Shown piece after piece: positions 10,303-21,100 of a stretch of DNA of 64,000 nucleotides; the stretch's first letter is position 1; each line of letters opens with the position of its first letter. This DNA comes from Alcanivorax sp. (GTDB lineage Bacteria; Pseudomonadota; Gammaproteobacteria; Pseudomonadales; Alcanivoracaceae): assembly GCA_036276955.1 (NCBI GenBank), contig DASUNW010000063.1, forward strand, positions 202 through 64,201, given 5' to 3'. Position numbers and translations under genes: made by a program. Below the pieces are notes generated by a model. It saw only the letters and a list, made by a program, of their open reading frames with translations. It was not told where the DNA came from and searched no databases.

Positions 10303-10971
10303 TTACGGCTGCAGCAGCAACGACTCGAAATAGGCCACCACCGGCTTCTGGTGGGATTTCTCCATGGCCGGAATGCCCTTCTCCACCGACGAGGCGGACG
10401 CCTTCTTGATGGTGGCCCGGGCGCCGGACACCAGCCCCCGATTGATACGACCCAGCTCCAGATTGCCCACGGTTTTATCGAGATAGTTCTCGATGGCGCC
10501 GCTGCTGATGCCGTCCATCACTTCCACCAGGCGCGGCATCTGGCCGTTGCCGTCGGCGAATTCCTGGAACACCAGCGAAGCGCGCTCGGCCAGCGACGCT
10601 GACAACGGATAGCCGATGTAGACCTGACCGTCCTTCTCCAGACGCAGATTGCCGAAATGCTCGGCCAGGGCGCGCTGCTCCTCGACACTGGTCTTGCGCA
10701 TCAGGCGGCCGGCAAGACCGTGGGCGGCTTTGTTGATCACCTTCATGGCGCTGAGGATCACGTTCACCGCCGTGCCCTTGGCGTTCACCGCGTCGATGGG
10801 GCCGGTGAAATAGGTGTGCAGCACCTCATTCAGGAAGGGATCCATGATCGCTTCCAATTCCTGCACATGATTGCTGTCCGGTTCGTCGCGGGTTACTGCC
10901 AGGAAGGCGTCGATCCGGTCACGCAACTCGTCGGTGGCCGGAAAGGCCACGTAAAGGGTGGGTTGGCTCAT
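10303..10971 (-). CDS. hypothetical protein with an internal two-fold repeat
   Basis: 222-aa ORF with protein-like composition; the two ~110-aa halves align. Confidence 0.75.
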   Translation of the reverse strand: MSQPTLYVAFPATDELRDRIDAFLAVTRDEPDSNHVQELEAIMDPFLNEVLHTYFTGPIDAVNAKGTAVNVILSAMKVINKAAHGLAGRLMRKTSVEEQRALAEHFGNLRLEKDGQVYIGYPLSASLAERASLVFQEFADGNGQMPRLVEVMDGISSGAIENYLDKTVGNLELGRINRGLVSGARATIKKASASSVEKGIPAMEKSHQKPVVAYFESLLLQP

Positions 10972-11085
10972 AGTTGTCGGCTCGGCTTACTGCAATTCAG
11001 AAGCCGCGGATGATAATTGAAGCCCGCGCCGGAAACGTCCGCCTTCGCGACTGCGGGCCTTGTCTGTGGGGTCAGTCGGGACGGC

Positions 11086-11538
11086 TCAGACGGCGACGCG
11101 TGCCCGCCAGGCCTCCAGCACACCGGCCAGGCGCTCGGCGGCGGCACGCACCGCGGCGCCCTGCTCTTCCTCCAGCCGCAGCCGCGCCACGTCTTGACGA
11201 TTACGCTCCGCCGGCGCCAGCTCGCGGCGCTGCTCGCCACGGGTGAAGTCACCACACTCTTCCGCCAGACGGTGAATCGCCGCCAGGTCCACTTTCGGTT
11301 CGATGCCCTGGGGCAGGCAATCCAGCAGTACGCTGATGCGAATGCTGGCCTCGGCGCTGTCCACCTGCTCTTGCAGCAGGGCGCGGCACAGGATGCTCAG
11401 GTTATCCAACACGTCGAGATGCCGGGCGGCCTGCCGGCGCCGCTCGTCGCGCCGGCGCGAGAAACGCAGGATCAGCAAACCGAGAACCGCGCCGATGGCG
11501 AGCCCGGTCAGGGCGACGAGAACCAACTTCCAAGCCAT
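11086..11538 (-). CDS. DUF2489-like protein with N-terminal TM helix
   Basis: TM helix, then LCRALLQEQVDSAEASIRISVLLD and ERNRQDVARLRLE. Confidence 0.7.
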   Translation of the reverse strand: MAWKLVLVALTGLAIGAVLGLLILRFSRRRDERRRQAARHLDVLDNLSILCRALLQEQVDSAEASIRISVLLDCLPQGIEPKVDLAAIHRLAEECGDFTRGEQRRELAPAERNRQDVARLRLEEEQGAAVRAAAERLAGVLEAWRARVAV

Positions 11539-11646
11539 GGTGGTGCATCCTTAAAGCGATTGATTTGCGATCTCCAAGCCACCATTGTACGGCACGAAGC
11601 CTTAGCAACCCATGAACACTATCGTGATAACGAAGATGGAGAACCT

Positions 11647-12087
11647 TTGGACCTGACCTCTGAGCGCGGCTGGCAAGCGCTGCTTGAACAACTCCAGCCC
11701 TTGTTCCCCGCCCTCACCGCCGCCGGCGTGGTGATGGCGGTGGCCTCAATGATGGCGATCCCCTGGCTGCTGGTGCGCATGCCCGCGGATTACTTCAACA
11801 CGCCCGGTCGGCCGCTGCATTATCGCGGCCCCCTGGGCTGGGTGATCTGGCTGCTGCGCAACGCCGTGGCGCTGGTCCTGCTGGCGGCGGGCATGCTCAT
11901 GCTGATACTGCCCGGCCAGGGCGTTCTGACCATCCTGATCGCGCTGATGGTCAGCACTTTCCCGGGGAAATACCGCCTGGAACGCGCTATCATGCGCCGC
12001 CCGAGCGTGCTGCGCGCGGCCAACTGGATTCGTCGCCGCCACGGCAGACCCGAGCTCAACCCACCCCGCGACACCGAGAGGCCCTGA
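11647..12087 (+). CDS. PGPGW-family-like membrane protein
   Basis: RMPADYF and MLILPGQG motifs, hydrophobic helices. TTG start after GGAGA is inferred. Abuts mtnA. Confidence 0.65.
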   Translation: MDLTSERGWQALLEQLQPLFPALTAAGVVMAVASMMAIPWLLVRMPADYFNTPGRPLHYRGPLGWVIWLLRNAVALVLLAAGMLMLILPGQGVLTILIALMVSTFPGKYRLERAIMRRPSVLRAANWIRRRHGRPELNPPRDTERP

Positions 12088-13131
12088 ATGCCCATTGATA
12101 GTCCCGCCATCCGCTGGCTCGACGATCATTTGCTGCTGCTGGATCAACGCCACCTGCCGGCACGCACCGAGTGGCTGGCGATCCACGACGCCGACGGCGC
12201 CGCCACCGCGATCCGCGACATGGCGGTGCGCGGCGCGCCGGCGATCGGCATCACCGCCGCCTACGGCCTGGCGCTGGAAGCCCTGCGGTTGGGGCCGCGC
12301 GCGTCCATGGATACCCTGCGCCCGGCGTTGCAGGTGCTGACCGCCAGTCGACCCACGGCGGTCAATCTGTTCTGGGCACTGGAACGCTTACAACGGCTTG
12401 GCGCCGACCTGGAAGGCGACGCCCTGGGCCGGCGTCTGGCCCGGGAAGCGGAAAGCATCCACCAGGAAGACCAAGCGGCCAATCTGCGCCTTGGCGAGCT
12501 GGGCGCCGCCCTGCTGCCCCACGACGCCCGCGTCTACACCCACTGCAACACCGGGGCGCTCGCCACCGGCGGCCACGGCACCGCCCTGGGCATTATTCGC
12601 TCCGCCTGGCGCGGCGGCCATCTGCGCGAAGTGATCGCCGGTGAAACCCGCCCCTGGTTGCAGGGCGCCCGTCTTACCACCTGGGAACTGATGCAGGAAA
12701 ACATCCCGGTGACCCTGGTGGCGGACAGTGCCGCCGGCATGCTGATGGCGGCGGGCCGCGTCGATGCCGTGGTGGTGGGCGCGGACCGCATCGCCGCCAA
12801 CGGCGACACCGCCAATAAGATCGGCACCTACGGCCTGGCCGTGCTGGCCCGCCACCACGCTTTGCCATTTATCGTCGCCGCGCCGGATTCCACCCTGGAT
12901 CCGGCGATGGTGGACGGCAGCGGCATTGTCATCGAGGAGCGTCCGGCGGAGGAAGTGCGCCAGGTGGGCGGCCGGGATCTGGCGCCGGAACACTGCCCGG
13001 TGTACAACCCCGCCTTCGACGTGACCCCGGCCTCTTTGATCACCGCCATCGTCACGGAAAGCGGCGTGGTGCGTTCGCCGTGCGCGGCCAGCGTCGGCGA
13101 GCATCTGTCCCGCCTGAACCGGAGGTCCTGA
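12088..13131 (+). CDS. mtnA: methylthioribose-1-phosphate isomerase
   Basis: VRGAPAIG, SRPTAVNL, THCNTGALAT, GETRPWLQG, ANKIGTY. Confidence 0.95.
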   Translation: MPIDSPAIRWLDDHLLLLDQRHLPARTEWLAIHDADGAATAIRDMAVRGAPAIGITAAYGLALEALRLGPRASMDTLRPALQVLTASRPTAVNLFWALERLQRLGADLEGDALGRRLAREAESIHQEDQAANLRLGELGAALLPHDARVYTHCNTGALATGGHGTALGIIRSAWRGGHLREVIAGETRPWLQGARLTTWELMQENIPVTLVADSAAGMLMAAGRVDAVVVGADRIAANGDTANKIGTYGLAVLARHHALPFIVAAPDSTLDPAMVDGSGIVIEERPAEEVRQVGGRDLAPEHCPVYNPAFDVTPASLITAIVTESGVVRSPCAASVGEHLSRLNRRS

Positions 13132-13760
13132 TGAGTCACCGCCCCTACTCCACCGCCGGCTACCGGGAAGCGGCGCGCGCCCTCGCCGCCGTCGGCCGCC
13201 GCCTCTATGGCAACGGTTGGTCGCCGGCCACCAGCAGCAATTATTCGCTGCGCCTGAACGACGACTATGCGGCGATTACCCGCTCCGGCCGCGACAAGGG
13301 CCTGCTGGAAGAAACCGACATCATGGTGGTGGACATGACGGGCGCCGCCGTCGGTGACGGCAAGCCGTCCGCCGAAACCCTGCTGCACACCCAGTTGTAC
13401 CGCCGGCTGCCGGACTGCGGCGCGGTGCTGCACACCCATAGCCACGCCTCCACCGTGCTCACCATGCACTGGCCCGCCGACCACCTCACCCTGGAAGGCT
13501 ACGAGCTGCTCAAGGCACTGGACGGCGTGCAAACCCATGACACGCGGCTTACCATCCCGGTATTCGAAAACAGCCAGGACATCGCCGCCCTGGCGGCCGA
13601 CGTGGACCGGGCCATGGACGCCGGCGACGCCGGTCACGCCTACCTGATTCGCGGCCACGGCCTGTACACCTGGGCGGCGGACATGAGCGCCTGTTATCGC
13701 CAGTTGGAAGCGCTGGAAACCCTGCTGGCCGTGGAACTGGACCGCCGCCGCCTGGGCTGA
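13131..13760 (+). CDS. mtnB: methylthioribulose-1-phosphate dehydratase
   Basis: WSPATSSNYS, KPSAETLLH, LHTHS, IRGHGLYTW. TGATG coupling with mtnA. Confidence 0.95.
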   Translation: MSHRPYSTAGYREAARALAAVGRRLYGNGWSPATSSNYSLRLNDDYAAITRSGRDKGLLEETDIMVVDMTGAAVGDGKPSAETLLHTQLYRRLPDCGAVLHTHSHASTVLTMHWPADHLTLEGYELLKALDGVQTHDTRLTIPVFENSQDIAALAADVDRAMDAGDAGHAYLIRGHGLYTWAADMSACYRQLEALETLLAVELDRRRLG

Positions 13761-13787
13761 CTGGCGCCGACCTGAGGAGGAGCACCC

Positions 13788-14333
13788 ATGAGTAATTTGA
13801 AAGTCTTTCGCGACGGCCACCCGGAGCAACCCGAACAAATCATCAACGATAAGCTGGCCATGGCCGATGAACTGGCCAAGGTCGGCATCCGCTACGAACA
13901 GTGGCAGGCTCTCGGCGCGCTCACCGAGCAGCCCAGCCAGGAGGAAGTGCTGGATGTCTATCGCCGGGAAATCGACCGGCTGATCGCCGAAGAAGGCTAC
14001 CAGACCGTGGACGTGGTCAGCATGACGCCGGACCACCCGCAAAAACAGGCGGCCCGCGAAAAATTCCTCGAGGAGCACAGCCACAGCGAAGACGAGGTAC
14101 GGTTCTTCGTCGACGGCCAGGGGCTGTTCAGCCTGCATCTCGGCGAGCGCATCTACGAAGTGCTGTGCACCAAGGGCGATTTGATCTCGGTGCCGGCCAA
14201 CACGCCGCACTGGTTCGATATGGGGCCGAACCCCAACTTCACCGCGATCCGCCTGTTTAACAACCCGGAAGGCTGGGTCGCCAATTTCACCGGCAGCGAC
14301 ATCGCCCAGCGTTTCAACCGGCTGGAGAATTAA
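13788..14333 (+). CDS. mtnD: acireductone dioxygenase
   Basis: [28 protein letters not shown]. Confidence 0.95.
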   Translation: MSNLKVFRDGHPEQPEQIINDKLAMADELAKVGIRYEQWQALGALTEQPSQEEVLDVYRREIDRLIAEEGYQTVDVVSMTPDHPQKQAAREKFLEEHSHSEDEVRFFVDGQGLFSLHLGERIYEVLCTKGDLISVPANTPHWFDMGPNPNFTAIRLFNNPEGWVANFTGSDIAQRFNRLEN

Positions 14334-15016
14334 TGATCCGCGCCATCCTCACCGACATCGAAGGCACCACCAGCAGCATTCGCTTCGTTAAGGAGGTGCT
14401 GTTCCCCTACGCCGCCGAACAGATGGGCCCCTTCCTGGAACGCCATTGGGACGATCCGGCGGTGGCGGAACAGGTGGCGGCCGCGCGGCGCGACAGCCGC
14501 GAAGCGCTGGACACGCCGGAACAGGCGGCCGCGCTGATGCGCGCCTGGATCGACGAGGACCGCAAAGCCACACCGCTGAAAACGCTGCAGGGCCTGATCT
14601 GGGAAAGCGGCTACCGCAACGGCGATTACCAGGCGCACCTGTACCCGGACGCCGCCCGCCGGCTGCGGGAATGGCACGACCAGGGCCTGCCTCTGTACGT
14701 CTACTCCTCCGGTTCGGTGGCCGCCCAGAAGCTGTTCTTCGGCTACTCGGAAGCCGGCGACCTGACGCCGCTGTTCCAGGGCTATTTCGACACCACCAGC
14801 GGCGGCAAGAAAGAAGCGGCCAGCTACCGCCGTATCAGCGACGCCATCGGCCTGCCCGGCGACGAAATTCTGTTTCTTTCCGACGTGGAAGCCGAACTGG
14901 ACGCCGCCCGCGAGGCCGGCCTGCACACCGTGCTGCTGGATCGGGACGACGCCCTGCCCGACGGTGTCCACCCCAGGGTTACCGACTTCGACGCCATCGA
15001 TCCCGCTTCCTTCTAA
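14333..15016 (+). CDS. mtnC: enolase-phosphatase E1 (acireductone synthase)
   Basis: [27 protein letters not shown]. Confidence 0.95.
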   Translation: MIRAILTDIEGTTSSIRFVKEVLFPYAAEQMGPFLERHWDDPAVAEQVAAARRDSREALDTPEQAAALMRAWIDEDRKATPLKTLQGLIWESGYRNGDYQAHLYPDAARRLREWHDQGLPLYVYSSGSVAAQKLFFGYSEAGDLTPLFQGYFDTTSGGKKEAASYRRISDAIGLPGDEILFLSDVEAELDAAREAGLHTVLLDRDDALPDGVHPRVTDFDAIDPASF

Positions 15017-15085
15017 GTATTCACCGCGTGGTCCCTCCAGCGGGGGCGCGGGTCTGTGTTAGGCCCTTCCGGGAACTGAAGCCGC

Positions 15086-15158
15086 GTAGGTCGGGTTAGC
15101 GAAGCGTAACCCGACACGGTCTGTCCGACACCGCACCCAGCGAGTGTCGGGTTACGGC
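15086..15158. repeat. GTAG-type REP with a partial second copy
   Basis: GTAG followed by palindrome GTCGGGTTA-GCGAAGCG-TAACCCGAC (15090-15115). A further arm TGTCGGGTTACG starts at 15145. Confidence 0.75.
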
Positions 15159-15197
15159 TAGACGGTCCGGGCGGTGTTTTGGCCCGGTACCTCGCTT

Positions 15198-16316
15198 TTA
15201 ACGGCCCCCCTTAATGCAGCGGAAGATCACGAACTTGGCGTTGCGGGCCACGGTGTCCACGCGCGGGAACAGCTTGCCCAGCGGCCGCTGGTAACCGAGA
15301 TGTTGGTTCGCCACCACCCAGAGTTCGCCGCCCTCGCCCAGGTGCCGGGCGGCCTGGCGGAACAGGCCGCGGGCGACCCGGTCGTCCACCGCGTGACCAC
15401 GGTGGAACGGCGGGTTGAGCAGAATCAGATCGAAGTGCTTGTCCACGCCTTCCAGGCCGTTGCCGAGATGGAAATCGTGGCGCTCCGGTTGCCGGTCGTG
15501 GTCGGCCACATTGGTGCGGGCGCTCTCCACCGCCAGATAAGACACGTCGCAGAAGGTGACCCGCGCCGCCGGGTTATCCGCAGCCAGGCTCAGCCCCAGC
15601 ACGCCGTTGCCGCAGCCCAGGTCGGCCACTTCGCCGCTGACATTGTCGGGGAGATGATCCAACAGGAAGCGGGCACCGATATCCAGGTGTCGCCGTCCGA
15701 ACACACCGGGGCCGGCATGCAGATCCCAGCCCCGCTCCGGGACGACCACGCGTGCCGGTTCGGGCTCGGCGTGCAGAGCCGCGCCCGGTGCTTCGGCGGA
15801 GAACAGGCGCGCCTTTTTCCAGCCCAGACCGGCACGGCCGTTGCCCAGCCAATGTTCCAGTAGCGGCACCAGCTGCGCCGGCAAATGCTTGTCCATGCCC
15901 GCCAGCCACACCGGCGTGCCGGCCGGCAGCCAACCCGCCAGCCAGGCCAGTTGCGCTTCCAGCAGCGACACCGCTTTGGGCAATTTCAATAACACCTGAT
16001 CCGGCGCCCGAGGCGGCGTTTGCCAGGGCCACAGCCAGGCGTCGCCAGGCTCCGCGCGGTCATTGTCCTCGGCGTTGGTGCGGGCGGCGCGCCGGCACAG
16101 CCAGTCGTCGCCGGCGCTCCAGGCCGGCCCGGACGCGGCGGCGGTCAGCCACAGGGCGCCGCATTGATCGTTCAGCACCAGGGTCGCGGGGCCGCGCCGG
16201 TGCTCATCGAGTTGTTTGAGCAGATAGCGGTCGGCTGCGTCGAACGGCAGCAAGGGGTCGCCGCGTCGGTGCGGCCAGCGTTTGAGGACCAGGGGTCCCA
16301 GGGTGGCTTCGGCCAT
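15198..16316 (-). CDS. rlmG: 23S rRNA m2G1835 methyltransferase-like
   Basis: FDAADRYLL, LKLPK, KKARL, DLGCGNGVLG, LNPPFH. ATG at 16316. Confidence 0.8.
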   Translation of the reverse strand: MAEATLGPLVLKRWPHRRGDPLLPFDAADRYLLKQLDEHRRGPATLVLNDQCGALWLTAAASGPAWSAGDDWLCRRAARTNAEDNDRAEPGDAWLWPWQTPPRAPDQVLLKLPKAVSLLEAQLAWLAGWLPAGTPVWLAGMDKHLPAQLVPLLEHWLGNGRAGLGWKKARLFSAEAPGAALHAEPEPARVVVPERGWDLHAGPGVFGRRHLDIGARFLLDHLPDNVSGEVADLGCGNGVLGLSLAADNPAARVTFCDVSYLAVESARTNVADHDRQPERHDFHLGNGLEGVDKHFDLILLNPPFHRGHAVDDRVARGLFRQAARHLGEGGELWVVANQHLGYQRPLGKLFPRVDTVARNAKFVIFRCIKGGR

Positions 16317-16415
16317 AATCAGCGTGGCAGCAGGCTCAAGGAAGGGCGCATTGTGCCCGCCACGTGGGGCGTTGGCCAGAATATGCGCAACCGGCGCACC
16401 GAGCGGGTTAAAACG

Positions 16416-16444
16416 GTGGCAATCTGAAAATTCGCTGCTAGAAT
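16416..16444 (+). promoter_or_regulatory. sigma70 promoter for tRNA-Pro
   Basis: GTGGCA-N17-TAGAAT with TG extension. Confidence 0.55.
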
Positions 16445-16456
16445 ACGCCGCACATT

Positions 16457-16533
16457 CGGAGTATAGCTCAGCCTGGTAGAGCACTACGTTCGGGACGTAG
16501 GGGTCGCAGGTTCGAATCCTGCTACTCCGACCA
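16457..16533 (+). tRNA. tRNA-Pro(CGG)
   Basis: 77-nt cloverleaf, anticodon arm CTACG-TTCGGGA-CGTAG, GGTTCGAATCC, encoded CCA. Confidence 0.97.
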
Positions 16534-16535
16534 AA

Positions 16536-16568
16536 TAAAAAAAGCCGACCCTCGGGTCGGCTTTTTTA
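16536..16568. terminator. bidirectional intrinsic terminator
   Basis: A7-GCCGACCC-TC-GGGTCGGC-T6. Confidence 0.92.
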
Positions 16569-16586
16569 TTGCCTGCAGACCGGCAA

Positions 16587-17354
16587 TCAGAAGGTGTACA
16601 CCAGCGAGACACTGGTTTCTTGATCCGTATTGTGGGTGCCGGCGGGCACCTCGGAGTCACGGGTCACCAGATGGCTCAGGCGCATGGCGAAGTGATCGTT
16701 GATCTTCGAGGTCAGGGCCGTCTCGGAACGCACCGAGGTATTGTCCTCGCCCACTTCCGTGGAAACAGTCTGACGGAAGGAGGCGTTCTCGCTAATCGTC
16801 CATTTGTAGTTGCCGGCGAAACGGGCGATCACGCTTTCGTCCTTGTTATCACAGCCACCGTAGGAATCTTCCGGCTCCAGGCACTCGACGCGGTAACCGG
16901 GACCGGCTTCAAGGTCCAGGATGTGGCTCGGCGTTTCCAGGAAGCGGCGACCGAGACCGAGCGCGTAACTGGCTTGGTACTGAAATCCGGAAAAATTGTC
17001 CTTGTCGTAGGTCAACACGTTAAACAGATAGTTGTTGTCGGTCAGTTTGCGGTCGAGCTTGTAGGAGGCGTAGTAGCGTTCAGCGGTGCGCTCTTCCTCG
17101 CCGTCATCGTTTTCGCCCATGGTATTGACGGCTTCCGCCTTGGCGGTCTGGCGCCAGTTGACGCCATCATGGGCGGCATTGACCTTGCCGACAATCGACT
17201 CGGATTCGCTGTTGCCGCGCGCGAGGAGGTAGGAGGCCTCCATTTCAATGTCCCAGGCTCGTTCCTGAGCGCTTTCCGGCTCCGCTTCCTGGGCGTGGGT
17301 CATCGCCGGCAATACCGCCGCGCTGCACGCCAGGGCCAACCATTTTTTACGCAT
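16587..17354 (-). CDS. DUF481/YdiY-family outer membrane beta-barrel
   Basis: Signal peptide, GNSES, GLGRRF, LEAGPGYR, C-terminal SLVYTF. Confidence 0.85.
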   Translation of the reverse strand: MRKKWLALACSAAVLPAMTHAQEAEPESAQERAWDIEMEASYLLARGNSESESIVGKVNAAHDGVNWRQTAKAEAVNTMGENDDGEEERTAERYYASYKLDRKLTDNNYLFNVLTYDKDNFSGFQYQASYALGLGRRFLETPSHILDLEAGPGYRVECLEPEDSYGGCDNKDESVIARFAGNYKWTISENASFRQTVSTEVGEDNTSVRSETALTSKINDHFAMRLSHLVTRDSEVPAGTHNTDQETSVSLVYTF

Positions 17355-17493
17355 TCTTCCTCCTCGAAGTGATTGTCGATCGGGTACCCGGGATGACGCT
17401 CATCAAACAGACAAGGCTCCGCCACCCTTAAGATACAGGTGTCCACGACAAGTCAGCGTAAAGACACCTTGCCGTGGGCCTCGATCAACGGGA

Positions 17494-18000
17494 TTAAGTA
17501 CTCTGTGTTTGCGGCTGGTAACGTTCCACTAGCTGGAAAACAGCGAAAAAGAGCACGGTGAAAAACACATTGCCGGCCAGGGTCTTCCACAGGAACGGCA
17601 GGCCGGCGGCGTAGCTGGCCAACAGACCGGAAGCGTCCGCCGGATACAGCACGCCGGCGGCCCAGACGCCGAAGTTGGTAACGGCGAAGAACAGCAGCGC
17701 CGCCGCCACCGCGCCACCGGTATGGGCCAACAGGCCCCGTTGACGAAGCAGCACGCCGCCCAGGGCGATCAGGGCGAAGGCCCCATAGACGTAAAGCGCG
17801 GTATCGTGGAAGCCGAGAATCAGATCCGACGCCACCAGAGCGACAAGCGGCACCAGCACCCGGCCCAGGGGGTGACGCAGACAGGCACCGGCGAACAATG
17901 CCAGCGCGCCCATCGGCGTCATATTGAAATCGTGCGGCACTACGCGCCACAGAAAAGCGAAGCCAGCCAAAGCCAGCACTACGATAACGGTACGGCGCAT
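17494..18000 (-). CDS. DUF6580-family putative transport membrane protein
   Basis: R..PH..N.TP.GA.ALF.G, SD..LGFH, FF..TNF..W, Y..GLPF motifs. ATG at 18000 after GGGGG. Confidence 0.78.
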   Translation of the reverse strand: MRRTVIVVLALAGFAFLWRVVPHDFNMTPMGALALFAGACLRHPLGRVLVPLVALVASDLILGFHDTALYVYGAFALIALGGVLLRQRGLLAHTGGAVAAALLFFAVTNFGVWAAGVLYPADASGLLASYAAGLPFLWKTLAGNVFFTVLFFAVFQLVERYQPQTQST

Positions 18001-18081
18001 CAAACCCCCCTTACACTTACGTAAAACCGCCGCGGGAGAGCGGCGCTGTTGAATGGGCGGGAGTATAACGCAACTGCCACG

Positions 18082-18110
18082 TTGGGTAACCCGGCCACAG
18101 GCGGTATAAT
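18082..18110 (+). promoter_or_regulatory. sigma70 promoter for metH
   Basis: TTGGGT-N17-TATAAT. Confidence 0.6.
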
Positions 18111-18154
18111 GCGCGCCCCGGTTTCCCACGGGCCACACAACGATGGAGCCTTGC

Positions 18155-21100
18155 ATGTCCTCGAACCGCCGCGAACAACTCACCGCCCTCCTTCGGGAGC
18201 GAATCGTCATCCTCGACGGCGGTATGGGCACCATGATCCAGCGCCTGCAGCTCTCCGAAGCGCAATATCGCGGCAGTCAGTACGCGGACTGGCCTTCCGA
18301 CCTGAAGGGCAACAACGACCTGCTGAGCATCACCCAGCCGGAGATGATCGAACAGTTGCACAGGGATTACCTGAACGCCGGCGCCGACATCATCGAGACC
18401 AACTCCTTCAACAGTACCGCCATCGCGATGGCGGACTACGATATGCAAGATCTGGCACGAGACATCAACGTGGCCGCCGCCCGGGTTGCCCGCCGCGCGG
18501 CGGACGCCGTCGCCACGCCCGAGCGGCCGCGCTTCGTAGCCGGGGTGCTGGGCCCCACCAACCGCACGGCCAGCATCAGCCCGGACGTCAACGACCCGGG
18601 TTACCGCAACACCGATTTCGACCGTCTGGTGGTGTCCTATCTCGACGCCATTGACGGCCTGGTGGAGGGCGGCATCGATCTGATCCTGATCGAGACCATC
18701 TTCGATACCCTCAATGCCAAGGCGGCGGTGTTCGCCGTGGACCAGTATTGCTACGAGAAAGGCCTGGATCTGCCGGTGATGATCTCCGGCACCATCACCG
18801 ACGCCTCCGGCCGCACGCTCACCGGCCAGACCACCGAAGCGTTCTACAACTCGCTGCGCCACGCCCGGCCGATTTCCATGGGGCTTAACTGCGCCCTGGG
18901 CCCCATGGAGCTGCGCACCTACGTGGAAGAGCTGTCGCGGATCAGCGAGTTTCATATCTCCGCCCACCCCAACGCCGGCCTGCCCAATGAAATGGGCGAA
19001 TACGACCTGGACGCCGAGACCATGGCCGAGGAAATCGGCGAATGGGCGGAATCGGGATTCTTGAACATCATCGGCGGCTGCTGCGGCACCACCCCAGAGC
19101 ACATCGCGGCGATCGCCGAAGCGGTGCACGGCAAAGCGCCACGCCGTCTTCCCGAAATCCCGGTGCAGTGCCGGCTGTCCGGCCTGGAGCCCTGCAACAT
19201 CGCGCCCAACGATCTGTTCCTGAACGTCGGCGAGCGCACCAACGTGACCGGCTCCAAGCGCTTCCTTCGTTTGATCAAGGAAGAAGATTACGACACCGCT
19301 CTGGACGTGGCCCGCGACCAGGTGGAAAACGGCGCCCAGGTGATCGATATCAATATGGATGAGGGCATGCTGGAGTCCAAGGAGTGCATGGTGCGCTTCC
19401 TGAATCTGGTGGCCGCCGAACCGGAGATCTCCAAGGTGCCGATCATGATCGACTCCTCCAAGTGGGAGGTGATCGAAGCGGGCCTGAAATGCATCCAGGG
19501 CAAGGGCGTGGTCAACTCCATTTCCCTGAAGGAAGGCGAGAAAGCCTTCCTCGATCAGGCACGCCTGATCCGGCGCTACGGCGCCGCCACCGTGGTGATG
19601 GCGTTCGACGAAAACGGCCAGGCGGAAAGCCGCGACGAAAAGGTGCGCATCTGTACCCGCGCCTACAAGCTGCTCACCGAGGAAGTAGGCTTCCCGCCGG
19701 AAGACATCATCTTCGACCCCAACATCTTCGCCATCGCCACCGGCATCGAAGAGCACAACAACTACGCGGTGGATTTCATCGAAGCGGTGGCGGAGATCAA
19801 ACGCACCCTGCCCCACGCGATGATCTCCGGCGGCGTGTCCAACGTCAGCTTCTCGTTCCGGGGCAACAACCCGGTGCGCGAGGCCATCCACGCGGTGTTC
19901 CTGTACTACGCGATCAAAAGCGGCATGGACATGGGCATCGTCAATCCGTCGCAACTGGCGATCTACGCCGACATCCCCGATGAACTGCGCGAGGCGGTGG
20001 AAGACGTGGTGCTCAACCGCCGCGAGGACGGCACCGAGCGTCTGCTCGACCTGGCGGAAAAATACAAAGGCTCCGGCGAAAAAGAAACCAAGAAAGAAGA
20101 CCAGGAATGGCGCTCCTGGCCGGTGGAGCAACGCCTGCAACACGCTCTGATCAAGGGCGTCGCCGATTACGTGGAAGAAGACACTGAACTGGCGCGCCAG
20201 AACGCGGAGCGCCCACTGCATGTGATCGAAGGGCCGTTAATGGACGGCATGAACGTGGTCGGCGACTTGTTCGGCGAAGGCAAGATGTTCCTGCCCCAGG
20301 TGGTGAAATCCGCCCGGGTGATGAAAAAGGCGGTGGCTTATCTGCTGCCGTACATGGAAAAAGAGAAAGAAGAACTGGGCACCCAGGACGAGGCCAACGG
20401 CAAAATCCTGATGGCCACGGTGAAAGGCGACGTCCATGACATCGGCAAGAACATTGTCGGCGTGGTGCTGCAGTGCAACGGTTACGACGTGGTGGACCTG
20501 GGCGTGATGGTGCCCTGCGATAAGATTCTGGAAGCAGCGCGCGAGGAAAAGGTGGACATCGTCGGCCTGTCCGGTTTGATCACCCCGTCCCTGGACGAGA
20601 TGGTCCACGTGGCCAGCGAGATGGAGCGCCTGGGCATGGAGCAGCCGCTGATGATCGGCGGCGCCACCACCAGCCGCATTCACACCGCGGTGAAGATCGA
20701 CCCCAACTACCACAACCCGGTGATCCACGTGGCGGACGCCTCGCGGGCGGTGGGCGTGGCGTCGCGGTTGCTGTCCAAGACACAGAAAGCGGACTACGTG
20801 GCGGAGATCAAACAGACCTATGAAGACCTGCGTGTGCGCCGCAAGCAACAGCAGGTGGATCGCTCGCTGATCAGCATCGACCAGGCCCGCGAGCACCGCT
20901 TCCAGCCGGACTGGCAAAGCTACACGCCGCCGGAGCCGAACGTGAAAGGCCTCAAGGTGTTCGACGAGTATCCCCTGGACGAGCTGGTGGAGCGCATCGA
21001 CTGGACGCCGTTCTTCCGCTCCTGGGAACTGGCCGGCAAATTTCCGCGCATTCTGGAAGACGACGTGGTCGGCGTGGAAGCGACCAAGCTGTACAACGAC

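Noticed and set aside
17360-17493. Short inverted repeats (AGGTGTC/GACACCT, CGGGTACCCG) upstream of the DUF481 gene
   Set aside because: Stems are short enough to arise by chance at this GC content, and I recognise no RNA family
18001-18154. Cobalamin or SAH riboswitch upstream of metH or DUF6580
   Set aside because: No B12-box or SAH consensus seen, and the leaders after the predicted promoters are too short; an Rfam scan would settle it
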